In this document: positions 49,185-59,481 of the stretch, piece after piece
Numbering within the stretch: position 1 is the first letter of the stretch
Layout: every line of letters begins with the position of its first letter
From: Candidatus Bathyarchaeota archaeon
Lineage (GTDB): Archaea; Thermoproteota; Bathyarchaeia; 40CM-2-53-6
Reading direction: 5' to 3'
Assembly: GCA_005881615.1 (NCBI GenBank)
Contig: VBBR01000032.1
Location: 3,183 to 67,182 of the forward strand
Length of the DNA: 64,000 nucleotides
Program-made: the position numbers and the translations under genes
The notes under the pieces: model-generated
The model's database searches: none
What the model was told of the DNA's origin: nothing
Seen by the model: only the letters and a program-made list of their open reading frames with translations

Positions 49185-49496
49185 ATGAACACCACATACC
49201 TCTACCTTCTCGTCTTCGCAATTCTTGTGGGAAGCACCGACATCGAAGTCAACATAGTCGCCTTGTATCCATCAGCCCCAAGTAATGGGGTAATGCTGTT
49301 TGGAACGATTGCGCTTTCATACGGAGTTATCGTAAGCATTCTACTCGGTTTGGCTGGGATGAAGGCGCTCCTGATAGCGTTGTTCTACCAGCATCTAAAA
49401 TATGAGCCTAAGTCCCTATCATCATGGGTCCTCATCGGGCTCGTCATGGCCTCACTTCTAATGTCATTAGTCTTCATACAGCTGCATGTTCACTAA
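49185..49496 (+). CDS. Cytochrome oxidase subunit IV-like
   Basis: KALLIALFYQHLKYE motif; ATG at 49185 after GGTGA. Confidence 0.8.
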   Translation: MNTTYLYLLVFAILVGSTDIEVNIVALYPSAPSNGVMLFGTIALSYGVIVSILLGLAGMKALLIALFYQHLKYEPKSLSSWVLIGLVMASLLMSLVFIQLHVH

Positions 49497-49608
49497 GAAA
49501 CCGATAAGGACTGGGTCATTCGCCAGTTATGAATTCCAATTAGGGTACTGAGTTGAACGTCACCAAAGGACGCCCGCAAATCCGTCAGTCAAAGGCTGAG
49601 CGGTTTCG

Positions 49609-50457
49609 ATGAAGAATGGTGTATTTTCCGGTGGAACTCGATTATTGAATAGTGCTCTTCTCGGCGGTCTCATGGTGACCTTAGGAGTAGTCACTTATCC
49701 CTTCATAGATGCTCTTGGTCTTTCGCTGGGCATCGGAAACGACGGTTTTGTGGTGAGCTACGCCTATTTGACGCTAGGCCTTACAGTAACCGGATCTCTC
49801 ATTCTATTCTACTGCGCAACCAGAATCCTGACCGATTGGTCGTATGGCGAGAAGTCTATGAATTCGTTGTCTAGCCTCTCAATCCTCGGTCAAGTCTTTG
49901 CAAGGAGGCAATATTCTCGATTATTCCTGTTGTCAGCCCTTGTGTACGGTGCATTCTACGCACTCGCTTCTGGAATGATCGTCTTTCAACCTGCCTTAGA
50001 CTTCTCAGAAGTTTATCATGTGGGCATACCTTCGCTGTCAATCGCCACCTGTTGCGGGCCATTCGGAGAAACCCCAGAGATGGTCATTTACGTTACCCAA
50101 CATCTAGGGCTTCTCTTGGTTCCAGTCAACCTGCTCCTCCTCTTCTCAATTTCGTGGCTTGTTGGTCTAAACGCAAGTTTCGCAGCGTTCGCTCTGTCAT
50201 TTCGAACCAAGAACATCGGATCGAGCTGGATTGGAGGGGCAGGTGCATTCCTCGGCCTTTTTTCCTCGTGTCCGACTTGTGCGGGACTCGCTATTATCGC
50301 GCTCTTCGGTGGGACCGGGACATTATCCGCTGCATTCTTTCTCGGACCTCTTCAGGCCCTGTTCGTTGGTCTCAGCATACCAATACTCATAGGAGCCCCG
50401 ATAATGTCCGCGCGATCGTTACGTAACCTCGAAGGCCAAGGTTGTCCGAGACCTTAG
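49609..50457 (+). CDS. Cys-motif multi-pass membrane protein
   Basis: About 7 TM helices; ATCCGP and SSCPTCAG motifs. Confidence 0.75.
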   Translation: MKNGVFSGGTRLLNSALLGGLMVTLGVVTYPFIDALGLSLGIGNDGFVVSYAYLTLGLTVTGSLILFYCATRILTDWSYGEKSMNSLSSLSILGQVFARRQYSRLFLLSALVYGAFYALASGMIVFQPALDFSEVYHVGIPSLSIATCCGPFGETPEMVIYVTQHLGLLLVPVNLLLLFSISWLVGLNASFAAFALSFRTKNIGSSWIGGAGAFLGLFSSCPTCAGLAIIALFGGTGTLSAAFFLGPLQALFVGLSIPILIGAPIMSARSLRNLEGQGCPRP

Positions 50458-50562
50458 TATCGAAGAGACCACGACTGGAATTAGTGCCGGCACTTTATCC
50501 GATCAAACGGTAAACATAGAAAAAAGGAGGTGGGATTCTTGCATCAACGATCCAGGGTCAGT

Positions 50563-50994
50563 TTAGTTTACGTTTATGATGCCTTTCATCCACGCGTGGA
50601 TGGTGCAGTAGTAGTGGTAAGTGCCCTTTACCGTGAATGTGTGGGAGTAGGTCCCGCCGTGTGCGATGGAGTTGGAGGTAAACGTGTCCAAGCCGTTCGC
50701 GTTCAAAGTGGAATTAGTCCCTACCGTGTGATTGACGCCCCCGTCGTTTCTCCAGAAGACCGCCGCGCCGTTTACGGTGGCATTATATGATGCCGGATTG
50801 AAGAGGCAACTAGCGTCGTTGAGACCGCACGCTGTGTCGTCTTGAATAATGACGTTCGCGTTCGTCGGGGTCTGTTGCGTGAGAATGTAAGCTGCGACGC
50901 CGACAACGATCAGTATTACTACGACTATCGCGATGAGCTTCCATGTCATGCTCTTAGGCTTCGATGGTTCAGGTGGTTTTGGTGTTGTTTCCAT
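50563..50994 (-). CDS. Membrane-anchored cupredoxin (plastocyanin/halocyanin-like)
   Basis: N-terminal TM helix; type 1 Cu ligands NHTV ... YYCTIHAWMKG. Confidence 0.9.
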   Translation of the reverse strand: METTPKPPEPSKPKSMTWKLIAIVVVILIVVGVAAYILTQQTPTNANVIIQDDTACGLNDASCLFNPASYNATVNGAAVFWRNDGGVNHTVGTNSTLNANGLDTFTSNSIAHGGTYSHTFTVKGTYHYYCTIHAWMKGIINVN

Positions 50995-51152
50995 TTTTTT
51001 CCCTTGATTCGAGTCGGGTTTCCTGCTTTTGGTATAAAGGTTGTTTCAAGCATCTACATACCGATAATCAAGGATGGGATCTGTGGGGTTGCAACCGATT
51101 AAATATGAGCACGGACACTAGCTATCTGAAATCCTAATGAGATGATGGTTGA

Positions 51153-52085
51153 ATGAGCGTCTTTCCTCCGGTCTTCAAGAGTTGGCGGGGCCCGATACAG
51201 GACAAGATTGACAATACTCTTGAAACGAATTTCGATCGAGAAGAAGCGAATCAGATTATCAAGTATATGTTCAAGACTGGGGGGAAACGTTGCAGGCCAT
51301 TGTTGGTCATTCTTTCAACGAAGGCGTTCGGAGGAGACCCTAATGAGGCGCTGGATGCTGCCGCAGCGCTTGAGATAATTCACGCTGCCACTCTCGTCTT
51401 TGACGATCTGATCGACAAGGACCAGGTTCGGAGGGGCGCTCCGTCAGTTCATATGGCGTTTAGCAACGAGAAAGCCTTGACCTCGGGATTATTTCTGGCG
51501 TCCAAAGGTGTTCAGCTCTTGTCGAATTACAAGAACGCAGAGGTCATGAGGATGATCGGCTCGACGCTCGTGGACGTAAGTAGGGGAGAGCTTCTAGACA
51601 TTATTTCCGACTTGAATGCGAGCGTAAGCGAGTGTATTGCGATTGCTGATTTGAAAACAGCATCTCTGTTCGGAAGCGCCGCTGGTATCGGAGCTGCAAT
51701 TGCCGGAGTAGAGGGAAAGGATCTTGTCAGCATGCAAAAATTTGGGCGGTCAGGTGGAATGGCGTTTCAGATTCAAGATGACGTACTGGACTTCCACAAC
51801 GGTTCCGGGGAACAGCTGTTGAAGGGACCGAACATTGTGACTTCCCACTGTCTTCATGAAGCACCACGTCCCAACCATAACTCAGACGTATTGAACTCGA
51901 ACAACGGTCACAGCAACAGAGAGGTCCTTCGATTTTTGAAAAAAACCGGCTCTCTAGAATTCGCACGAAAACGCGCGAGAGACTACGCAATCGAAGCAAA
52001 GGCATCGTTGCGGAAGGTAAAACGGTTGAGAAACCGGAAGATTCTCGAAGAATACGCCGATTATCTGTGGAAGAGGAAGGAATAG
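51153..52085 (+). CDS. Polyprenyl diphosphate synthase
   Basis: GGKRCRP, DDLID..RRG, KTASLF, FQIQDD. Confidence 0.92.
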   Translation: MSVFPPVFKSWRGPIQDKIDNTLETNFDREEANQIIKYMFKTGGKRCRPLLVILSTKAFGGDPNEALDAAAALEIIHAATLVFDDLIDKDQVRRGAPSVHMAFSNEKALTSGLFLASKGVQLLSNYKNAEVMRMIGSTLVDVSRGELLDIISDLNASVSECIAIADLKTASLFGSAAGIGAAIAGVEGKDLVSMQKFGRSGGMAFQIQDDVLDFHNGSGEQLLKGPNIVTSHCLHEAPRPNHNSDVLNSNNGHSNREVLRFLKKTGSLEFARKRARDYAIEAKASLRKVKRLRNRKILEEYADYLWKRKE

Positions 52086-52165
52086 GCGCAGAATTACTCT
52101 CTAACTCAAACGTTTATAATAGCTAAACTCCCGGTGGCTCGAAGATCGAACCACGGGTCCAAAAA

Positions 52166-52537
52166 ATGGTCGCACAGGGAATCCCGGAGATCGGAGCCTA
52201 CATTGGTTTTCTCTTCGTCTCGACCGTCGCTCTCATCATCGTTCTAAGACTCCTGGTTACACCGCGAGATCCTCGACCGACCCCTGAAAAGAAGAAACCA
52301 TTCGAATCAGGCCAGATCGCGATCGGACCTGGTAGGACCCGATTCATCATCCAGTACTATCCATACCTCTTGATGTTCGTTGTCTATGACGTTATGGCCA
52401 TGTTCCTGTTCGCTTGGGGACTGAATCTAAGGGCTCTTGGCGAGGCAGGGTCCCTTCCAGTTCTCGTCTTCATCGTCGTGCTCTTGATTCCCCTTGGGTA
52501 CGCGCTCCACCTCGCCGATCATCGGGAGAACTGGTAG
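52166..52537 (+). CDS. nuoA: Complex I subunit A
   Basis: KKPFESG, QYYPYLLMFVVYD. Confidence 0.92.
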   Translation: MVAQGIPEIGAYIGFLFVSTVALIIVLRLLVTPRDPRPTPEKKKPFESGQIAIGPGRTRFIIQYYPYLLMFVVYDVMAMFLFAWGLNLRALGEAGSLPVLVFIVVLLIPLGYALHLADHRENW

Positions 52538-52552
52538 GAGCTTACACCAAAC

Positions 52553-53560
52553 TTGGCGCCAATGCTGGGCCCGCTGCAACCTCTAGTTGACATGATCACA
52601 AGTCCGCTTTTCCTCATGATTGTGCTCTTTCCAGGCCTAACTTCGATCGCGATCATAGGCGCACTTCTCGGATGGTTAGAGCGCAAGGTGACTGCCCGAG
52701 TGCAACTTCGCATCGGCCCTCTGTACGCAAGCCCAGCTGGCGGGATTCTTCAGATGTTTGCGGATCTGATCAAGCTCTCGTTCAAGGAACTGTTCGTTCC
52801 AGAGAATTCCGACGCCTTCTTCTTCATAATGGCTCCAACTACTGGGCTCGTCATCGGAGCCGCCCTCGTGGGGCTTATCCCATTCGCACCAGGACTTCAA
52901 ATCGCGAACATCGAGGTTGGGCTTCCCGCCTTCCTAGCAATCATCACCCTATCTCCCAGCCTCGTGCTTCTCGCGGGATGGAGTGCGAATAGCAAATTCC
53001 CATTTATCGGTGGACTGCGAGCGCTCTTCCAACAAACAGCATATGAGATTCCCCTCTGGCTGTCCGCGCTTGGAGTGATCATGATGGCAGGATCACTGAA
53101 CCTGGCTCAGATTGTAGCGGCACAATCCGCCGGATGGTTCATCATTCCCCAGGCTCTGGGAGCTTTCATCTTCTTGGTCACTAGTGTCGCGGAGATGGAA
53201 AGACTGCCCTTCGACCTGCCCGAGGCGGAGTCTGAGATCATGATGGGTTGGCAGGCAGAATATCCTGGGGTCTTATTCCTCGCAGCCCAAGGCCCAGGCT
53301 TTGTGAAACTCTACGCTTTCTCAGCCCTCTTCACCACAATATACCTTGGGGGCTTCCTTGGACCGAGCTTTCTTCCCCCGCTGTTCTGGATGTTGCTGAA
53401 AACTCTCGTAATAATCGTCTTGATAATGTTGTTACGGTCGACCTTTCCCAGGGTCCGACTGGACCAGCTTCTCAGGGCGGGTTGGACAACTCTGCTCTCT
53501 CTCGCGATAGTCAACATAGGCGTAACCTACCTCTTGGTCGTAGGACTACCGACGTTCTAA
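52553..53560 (+). CDS. nuoH: Complex I subunit H
   Basis: LERKVTARVQLRIGP, ADLIKL, RLPFDLPEAESE, PRVRLDQL. Confidence 0.95.
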   Translation: MAPMLGPLQPLVDMITSPLFLMIVLFPGLTSIAIIGALLGWLERKVTARVQLRIGPLYASPAGGILQMFADLIKLSFKELFVPENSDAFFFIMAPTTGLVIGAALVGLIPFAPGLQIANIEVGLPAFLAIITLSPSLVLLAGWSANSKFPFIGGLRALFQQTAYEIPLWLSALGVIMMAGSLNLAQIVAAQSAGWFIIPQALGAFIFLVTSVAEMERLPFDLPEAESEIMMGWQAEYPGVLFLAAQGPGFVKLYAFSALFTTIYLGGFLGPSFLPPLFWMLLKTLVIIVLIMLLRSTFPRVRLDQLLRAGWTTLLSLAIVNIGVTYLLVVGLPTF

Positions 53561-53568
53561 TCCAAAAA

Positions 53569-54063
53569 ATGACAGACCTCTTGTTTCTAGCCTTCGCCGC
53601 AGTGACAATCGGCGCCGCAATCCTTGCGATCGAAGCAAGAGATCTAGTTTACGGTGCTGCGGCTCTCGGTATAGCATTCCTCGGGGTAGCAGGATTATTC
53701 TTTCTACTTGACGCGGCCTATGTAGGCTGGTTTCAGATTGCGGTCTACATTGGCGCGGTAGTTGTTCTGATTCTGTTCACGGTTATGCTCGTTGGGCCAA
53801 AGATGGGAGAAACACCGCTGGGGCTCAAACGAGTATCGCTCCTCGCAGCTATTCTGGTATCCTTGCTACTAGGAATGACCGGCGCACTAGCCAACGCAAC
53901 GGCATTTCCGGGACCAGACTCCTGCGGATCGGGTTGCAGTCTCACTCTGCTCAGTACTTCTCTTCTGAAGAGCTACGGAGTACAACTAGAGTTCATGTCT
54001 CTTGTGATGGCGGCTGCCGTAATTGGCGCGTTGGCATTGTCGAAGACAGATCGAGGGCAATGA
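53569..54063 (+). CDS. nuoJ: Complex I subunit J
   Basis: QIAVYIGAVVVLILF; start at MTDLLF, not 53248. Confidence 0.9.
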   Translation: MTDLLFLAFAAVTIGAAILAIEARDLVYGAAALGIAFLGVAGLFFLLDAAYVGWFQIAVYIGAVVVLILFTVMLVGPKMGETPLGLKRVSLLAAILVSLLLGMTGALANATAFPGPDSCGSGCSLTLLSTSLLKSYGVQLEFMSLVMAAAVIGALALSKTDRGQ

Positions 54064-54066
54064 CAA

Positions 54067-54375
54067 ATGGAGCCTCTGTCAAGCTTCTTCGCCGTTTCAG
54101 TAATTCTCCTCGGCATTGGAATCTACGGTCTTACGACAAAGCGGAACGCTATCCGAATTCTTTTCTCCGTAGAACTGATCTACAACGCAGCCAATCTCAA
54201 TATCATAGCCTTCGCGCGCCTCCGTAGTCCCCCCCTGGTTACCGGGCAGGTCCTAGTATTGTTCACTATCGCGCTCGCCGCGATGGAAGCTGCTGTCGGG
54301 CTCTCGATCATCATCCTAGTCTCGAGATTGAATGCCGAGATAGATCTCTCCAAACTTTCGAAGCTGAAAGGTTAG
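54067..54375 (+). CDS. nuoK: Complex I subunit K
   Basis: KRNAIRILFSVEL, AAMEAAVGL. Confidence 0.93.
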   Translation: MEPLSSFFAVSVILLGIGIYGLTTKRNAIRILFSVELIYNAANLNIIAFARLRSPPLVTGQVLVLFTIALAAMEAAVGLSIIILVSRLNAEIDLSKLSKLKG

Positions 54376-54382
54376 ACCCGAA

Positions 54383-55888
54383 ATGACCCTCCTTCTAATC
54401 GGCGCGATAATCGTACCGCTGATGGCCATTCCAATTCTTTACACACTTGCGAGGCGGCTAAAGGAGAAAACCGGATTCGTTTCCTTCGCTCTTCTTCTCA
54501 TCCCGCTCGTAACAATACTCTACGCCGCGCTTCAAGGAACTGGATCCAACCAAGGAACCTACCAAGAACTGTACTCTTGGTCTCCAATCGGAAACTTCGG
54601 CTTCCGAGTCGACAACCTAAGCCTTCCAATTCTCTTCATCATCGGCCTGCTCACATCCCTAGTTTCTCTCTTCTCTGTCCCCTACATGCGTCAAAGAATA
54701 GGCGACGACCCAGGACGCTATGGGCTGTACTACAGCCTCTATGCCCTGTACTCTCTCGGAATGATTGGGACGGTTTTAGCGACCAACCTGATCGAGTTCT
54801 ATCTCTTCTTTGAGATAATGCTCGTTCCATCTTTCTTCCTCATCGCCGAATGGGGTTACGGCGAGAAAGAAAGAATCTCGCTAACATACTTCATTTGGAC
54901 CCATGTCGGGGCGTTGGTGCTTCTCGTCGGGATCCTAGTCACCGCTTTTCTGACTGGCGCTACCGATATGGACGTCGTAATCGGCAACCTCACGGCGACC
55001 CCAGGACTCATCTCAACAACTCTCCGACTTGGGATAGTCGCAGCTATGTGCTTCGGATTTTTCGTAAAGATTGGCCAGTTCGGATTACACGTCTGGCTTC
55101 CATCGGCCTACGCCGAGGCGCCCGCGCCAGTCAGCACAATTCTAGCTGCTGCTATGACGGGAATAGGTGGATACGCGACCGTTAGGATAGTCATGACGAT
55201 ATTCCCGCAGTCCTTCCTGACTTTTTCGGCCTTCTTCGCAGGCTGGGCCCTTATCACAATGATCTATGGTAGCGCGATGGCGCTGGTGCAAGATGACATC
55301 AAGCGGTTGCTAGCATATTCTAGTATCAGCCAGATGGGCTACATTCTATTCGGGCTCGCAGCATTCAACTCGTTCGGCGTTTCGGGCTCTATGTTTCAAT
55401 ACGTGAGCAATGGGACCGCCAAAGGAATACTCTTCATCGTAGTCGGCGCGGTCATGCTTCAGGTCCGAGGCGAGAGAAGCCTAAGCAAACTCGGGGGACT
55501 CGCGAGCAAAATGCCCATCACGGCTACCGCCGCCTTCATCGGATCTCTAACTCTCGCCGGTCTGCCCTCCACCAACGGGTTCCTATCCGAATTCTTCCTG
55601 TTCCAAGGCGGATTCGTAAGAGCTACCGATACAGCCTCGGAATACCGTCTCGTAATTGCTGTCCTTGGAATTATAGCCACAGCCCTCACAGCAGGCTACT
55701 CCCTAATGGCAATGAAGAAGATCTTCTTTGGAGCACCAAACTCGGATACCGCCGATGTCAAGGAAGCGCCGTGGACGATTACCCTTCCTCTCATCACACT
55801 CAGCATCGTAACCTTAGTCTTGGGCATCTATCCGGAGCCTATACTCGGTCGACTACTTTCTGCAGCAAGGGCCATCGTGGGGTCATAG
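54383..55888 (+). CDS. nuoM: Complex I subunit M (copy 1)
   Basis: FYLFFEIMLVP, HVWLPSAYAEAP, DIKRLLAYSSISQMG. Confidence 0.85.
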   Translation: MTLLLIGAIIVPLMAIPILYTLARRLKEKTGFVSFALLLIPLVTILYAALQGTGSNQGTYQELYSWSPIGNFGFRVDNLSLPILFIIGLLTSLVSLFSVPYMRQRIGDDPGRYGLYYSLYALYSLGMIGTVLATNLIEFYLFFEIMLVPSFFLIAEWGYGEKERISLTYFIWTHVGALVLLVGILVTAFLTGATDMDVVIGNLTATPGLISTTLRLGIVAAMCFGFFVKIGQFGLHVWLPSAYAEAPAPVSTILAAAMTGIGGYATVRIVMTIFPQSFLTFSAFFAGWALITMIYGSAMALVQDDIKRLLAYSSISQMGYILFGLAAFNSFGVSGSMFQYVSNGTAKGILFIVVGAVMLQVRGERSLSKLGGLASKMPITATAAFIGSLTLAGLPSTNGFLSEFFLFQGGFVRATDTASEYRLVIAVLGIIATALTAGYSLMAMKKIFFGAPNSDTADVKEAPWTITLPLITLSIVTLVLGIYPEPILGRLLSAARAIVGS

Positions 55889-55892
55889 GCAA

Positions 55893-57983
55893 TTGGCCAC
55901 CTCTCTTCTCGCATGGCTCATCTGGATCACGCCACTAGTAGGCGCCCTTCTCACCCCGCTAATCGCGAAGATTCACTCTAGAGTTCGCGATATCGCAGCA
56001 GTAGGTTTCACCCTTGTTGCTGCTGTATTGGCGACTATGACGGCACTAACGGTCTCGGCCGGAGACTACACTGTCGCCTGGATTCCCTCTCTCACCATCA
56101 CCGCCGGAGTTCTTGTCGATCCTCTTAGCCTCTTCATGGCAAACATAGTTGCATGGATCAGCCTCGTCATCATGATCTATAGCGTCGGCTACATGAAGGG
56201 CGAATTCGGCATGACGCGATACTGGTTCTTCATGAACCTCTTCATCGGAAACATGCTACTTCTCGTGCTCGCTGACAATCTGCTAATGATGTTCTTCGGT
56301 TGGGAAGGCGTAGGCCTCTGCTCCTACGCATTGATCGGTCACTTCTATCGAGACGAGGCACAATACTGGGTAGGTAGCCCCGGCGACAAAGCACTAGGTG
56401 TCTCGGAAGAATATTCTCCAACAAAGTCAGGGATGAAGGCGTTCATCATGACGAGAATCGGAGACGTCGCGTTGCTGATCTCGATCTTTCTTATCTACGC
56501 TTTTGCGAGGACCTTCAACTACAATCAGCTAGTAATAGAGCTAGGCGGTGCAGGGAGCTGGGCCGCCAATCTAGCTCGACTCGGCCTGCTGCTTCCCACG
56601 GCACTACTGTTCTTCGGAGGACCGATCGGGAAATCGGCTCAGTTTCCCTTGCAGGAATGGCTTCCGGACGCGATGACCGGTCCTGCCTCAGTCTCCGCTC
56701 TAATCCACGCCGCTACGATGGTCAAGGCGGGTGTCTTCCTTACTGGAAGAATGGGACCAGTATTCTTCATCGCGCTATCTCAGTTCAACCAAGTCCCACA
56801 ATTCTTCGGCGTGATCGCTTGGATAGGCGCGTTTACAGCGCTCCTAGCCGCGAGCCAAGCCGCAGTCGCTCGAGAAATAAAGAAAGTCCTAGCCTACTCT
56901 ACAGTCTCTCAGATCGGCTACATGATGCTGGCCCTCGGCGTGGCAGGGCTTAGCGCCAACTTCCTGGCCGGATACACCGCAGGACTATTTCACCTTCTCA
57001 GCCACGCCGTGTTCAAGGCCTCGCTATTCCTTGCAGCAGGATGGGTGTTGCACGTCACAGAATCCCGTTTCATGGACGAAATGGGCGGGTTGGCAAGAGC
57101 GATGAGGCTGACCTCCGCGTCGATGCTTCTGGCTGGGCTCTCTCTTATGGGAATCCCCCCGTTCAGCGGGTTCTGGACAAAAGACGCGATACTTTCGGTC
57201 AGCTTCCTCGGGGGACAATACATCCTCTATGGATTAGCACTCGCTACCGCATTCATCACCGGTTTCTACACGGTCAGAATGCTCGGGATCACTCTTGCTG
57301 GAAAGCCTAGCAAACATGCCGAGGATCTGACGGAGAGTGGAAAGCATCCTCACGAAGCCGGGTTCATGATGCTAATGCCCTATTTGCTTCTGGCCGTTGG
57401 CAGTCTTGGTTTGGGACTTGCTTACCCATTCTACAGTGGTCCATTGACCACATATATTGCGAGCACTTTCAGCTCAGCCCTCTACAAGTTCCCAGCTGCA
57501 ACCATCTCGACTTCTGGTCTTACAGACCTTCTCCTTCTCTCCGTGAGCACACTCGTAGCCGTGACGGGCGGCATAGTGGGTTACCTTCTCTACTTCAAGA
57601 AAACCTACGAGTTCAAAACGGACATGAACCCTATCCAACGATTCCTCTACAAACGATGGTATCTCGACGCCATCTACTACAAAGTCTTCGTATCGGGCAT
57701 ACTCGCAGCGAGCCGTGGACTTTTCACCTACGTTGAGCAGGGGATCTGGAACAGGTTGAACAACGCGTTTGCTCAAGATATCATGGATTATTCCAAGGCG
57801 AGTGATCAGCTTGACACACAGGTTGTAGACCGAGCCGCAAACGAAGTGGCGTCGTACGGCTCGCGGCTTAGCAACTTCCTCCGAAAGCTACAATCAGGAG
57901 TAACTGAGCAGTACGTCATTGCCTTCGCCATCGGAATAATTCTCCTCCTAGCCTACATGCTATTCGTTGTAGGGGCCACCTAA
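55893..57983 (+). CDS. nuoL: Complex I subunit L with an elongated lateral helix
   Basis: GWEGVGLCSY, KSAQFPLQEWLPDAM, HAATMVKAG, KKVLAYSTVSQ. Confidence 0.95.
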   Translation: MATSLLAWLIWITPLVGALLTPLIAKIHSRVRDIAAVGFTLVAAVLATMTALTVSAGDYTVAWIPSLTITAGVLVDPLSLFMANIVAWISLVIMIYSVGYMKGEFGMTRYWFFMNLFIGNMLLLVLADNLLMMFFGWEGVGLCSYALIGHFYRDEAQYWVGSPGDKALGVSEEYSPTKSGMKAFIMTRIGDVALLISIFLIYAFARTFNYNQLVIELGGAGSWAANLARLGLLLPTALLFFGGPIGKSAQFPLQEWLPDAMTGPASVSALIHAATMVKAGVFLTGRMGPVFFIALSQFNQVPQFFGVIAWIGAFTALLAASQAAVAREIKKVLAYSTVSQIGYMMLALGVAGLSANFLAGYTAGLFHLLSHAVFKASLFLAAGWVLHVTESRFMDEMGGLARAMRLTSASMLLAGLSLMGIPPFSGFWTKDAILSVSFLGGQYILYGLALATAFITGFYTVRMLGITLAGKPSKHAEDLTESGKHPHEAGFMMLMPYLLLAVGSLGLGLAYPFYSGPLTTYIASTFSSALYKFPAATISTSGLTDLLLLSVSTLVAVTGGIVGYLLYFKKTYEFKTDMNPIQRFLYKRWYLDAIYYKVFVSGILAASRGLFTYVEQGIWNRLNNAFAQDIMDYSKASDQLDTQVVDRAANEVASYGSRLSNFLRKLQSGVTEQYVIAFAIGIILLLAYMLFVVGAT

Positions 57984-57984
57984 G

Positions 57985-59475
57985 ATGATCGGACTGCTTT
58001 CAATTGCCATCTTTCTCCCAGCAGTACTGGCAGCCCCGACATATTTGCTCGGCAGAAAGAACGCCAAAGTGGCAAAGATTCTGGGATTAGGAACCACTGC
58101 CATCGTCTTCGTTATTTCAATCATGATTCTTGTGGTCTTTCAATATGGTCAGGCCGGGTTCCAGCTCTCTGAGAGCATTCCGTGGGCGGGGTCCTTCGGG
58201 CTCAACTACAAAGTCGGAATTGACGGTATCAGCCTTCCACTCCTCATGATAGCCACGTTTCTGAGCCTGCTATCCGCAGCGGGATCTTGGGATCAGATTA
58301 CCTTCAGACACGCTGAGTACTATGCTCTCTTCCTCATCTTCGAAACGGGAATTATAGGCGTCTTCACTTCCCTCAACCTGATTCTGTTCTATCTTTTCTG
58401 GGAGATCGTTCTCATTCCAATGTTCTTTTTCATCGGAATCTGGGGCGGACCCCGCCGGAGATATGCCTCTCTAAAATTCCTCATTTTCACATATTCCGGT
58501 AGCGCGGTGATGCTCTTCGGTTTTCTTGCCCTATATGCCTGGACCGGAACCTCGGCCTACCCTGGAGGGCCCTCGTTCGATTATGATGTTCTGGCGGCGA
58601 GGATTCCTAACCTTGCACTGCCACTCCAGCTCGTCGTAGCAATCACAACCTTCGTTGGATTCGCTGTGAAGCTTCCAATATTCCCACTTCACACCTGGCT
58701 GCCTGATGCCCACGTAGAGGCCCCGGCACCGGTAAGCGTTCTCCTTGCTGGTTTGCTTCTCAAGATGGGCGGTTATGGATTGATTCGATACAACCTGCTA
58801 CTATTCCCGAAAGCGGTGAATGTTCTCTGGCCCTACTTCACAACCATCGGCCTCATCACAATGATCTATGGTGCATCAGTCGCGCTCGTCGCCAAGGACA
58901 TCAAGAGAATGATTGCCCTTACGAGCGTCAATCACATGGGCTACGTTCTCCTCGGAGCCTTCACCGCTACGGTCGCAGGGGTTTCAGGAGCGGTCTTTCA
59001 AATGTTCAGCCACGGGCTTGCAGTTGGAATGCTCTTCCTCATGTCCGGGTACATCCATGACCATACAGGAACGAGAAATATCGACGAACTCAAAGGGCTG
59101 AGAGGAAAGATGCCCCAGACAGTCACACTCCTCTTCTTGGCGTCAATGGCTGCCATGGCAGTTCCTGGTTTCGCCAATTTCATCAGCGAATATCTCGTGA
59201 TCCAGGGAGCCCTCAGCGTGAGCTATCTCTTCGCGATCGCCATCGTCGCACCAGCTCTCACCGTCGGATACTTCCTCTGGATGCTAAGACGAGTCGCCAT
59301 GACCCCGGGGGTTGGTCCTAAGAACGAACTCAGACTTCACTCGATCCTGATTCTAGTCGCATTTCTCGTCCCGTTGCTGATCTTCGGAGTGTATCCTCCA
59401 CCAATACTAGGGAGTGTGATAACGCCAACGGTGGAGAAATGGATTGGAACGATAGTTGCTCTGGGAGCAAGGTAG
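57985..59475 (+). CDS. nuoM: Complex I subunit M (copy 2)
   Basis: FWEIVLIPMF, IWGG, VKLPIFPLHTWLPDAHVEAP, LLKMGGYG. Confidence 0.93.
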   Translation: MIGLLSIAIFLPAVLAAPTYLLGRKNAKVAKILGLGTTAIVFVISIMILVVFQYGQAGFQLSESIPWAGSFGLNYKVGIDGISLPLLMIATFLSLLSAAGSWDQITFRHAEYYALFLIFETGIIGVFTSLNLILFYLFWEIVLIPMFFFIGIWGGPRRRYASLKFLIFTYSGSAVMLFGFLALYAWTGTSAYPGGPSFDYDVLAARIPNLALPLQLVVAITTFVGFAVKLPIFPLHTWLPDAHVEAPAPVSVLLAGLLLKMGGYGLIRYNLLLFPKAVNVLWPYFTTIGLITMIYGASVALVAKDIKRMIALTSVNHMGYVLLGAFTATVAGVSGAVFQMFSHGLAVGMLFLMSGYIHDHTGTRNIDELKGLRGKMPQTVTLLFLASMAAMAVPGFANFISEYLVIQGALSVSYLFAIAIVAPALTVGYFLWMLRRVAMTPGVGPKNELRLHSILILVAFLVPLLIFGVYPPPILGSVITPTVEKWIGTIVALGAR

Positions 59476-59481
59476 TCCTAA

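Noticed and set aside
53248-53568. N-terminal extension of the nuoJ ORF
   Set aside because: It overlaps nuoH; NuoJ homology starts at 53569.
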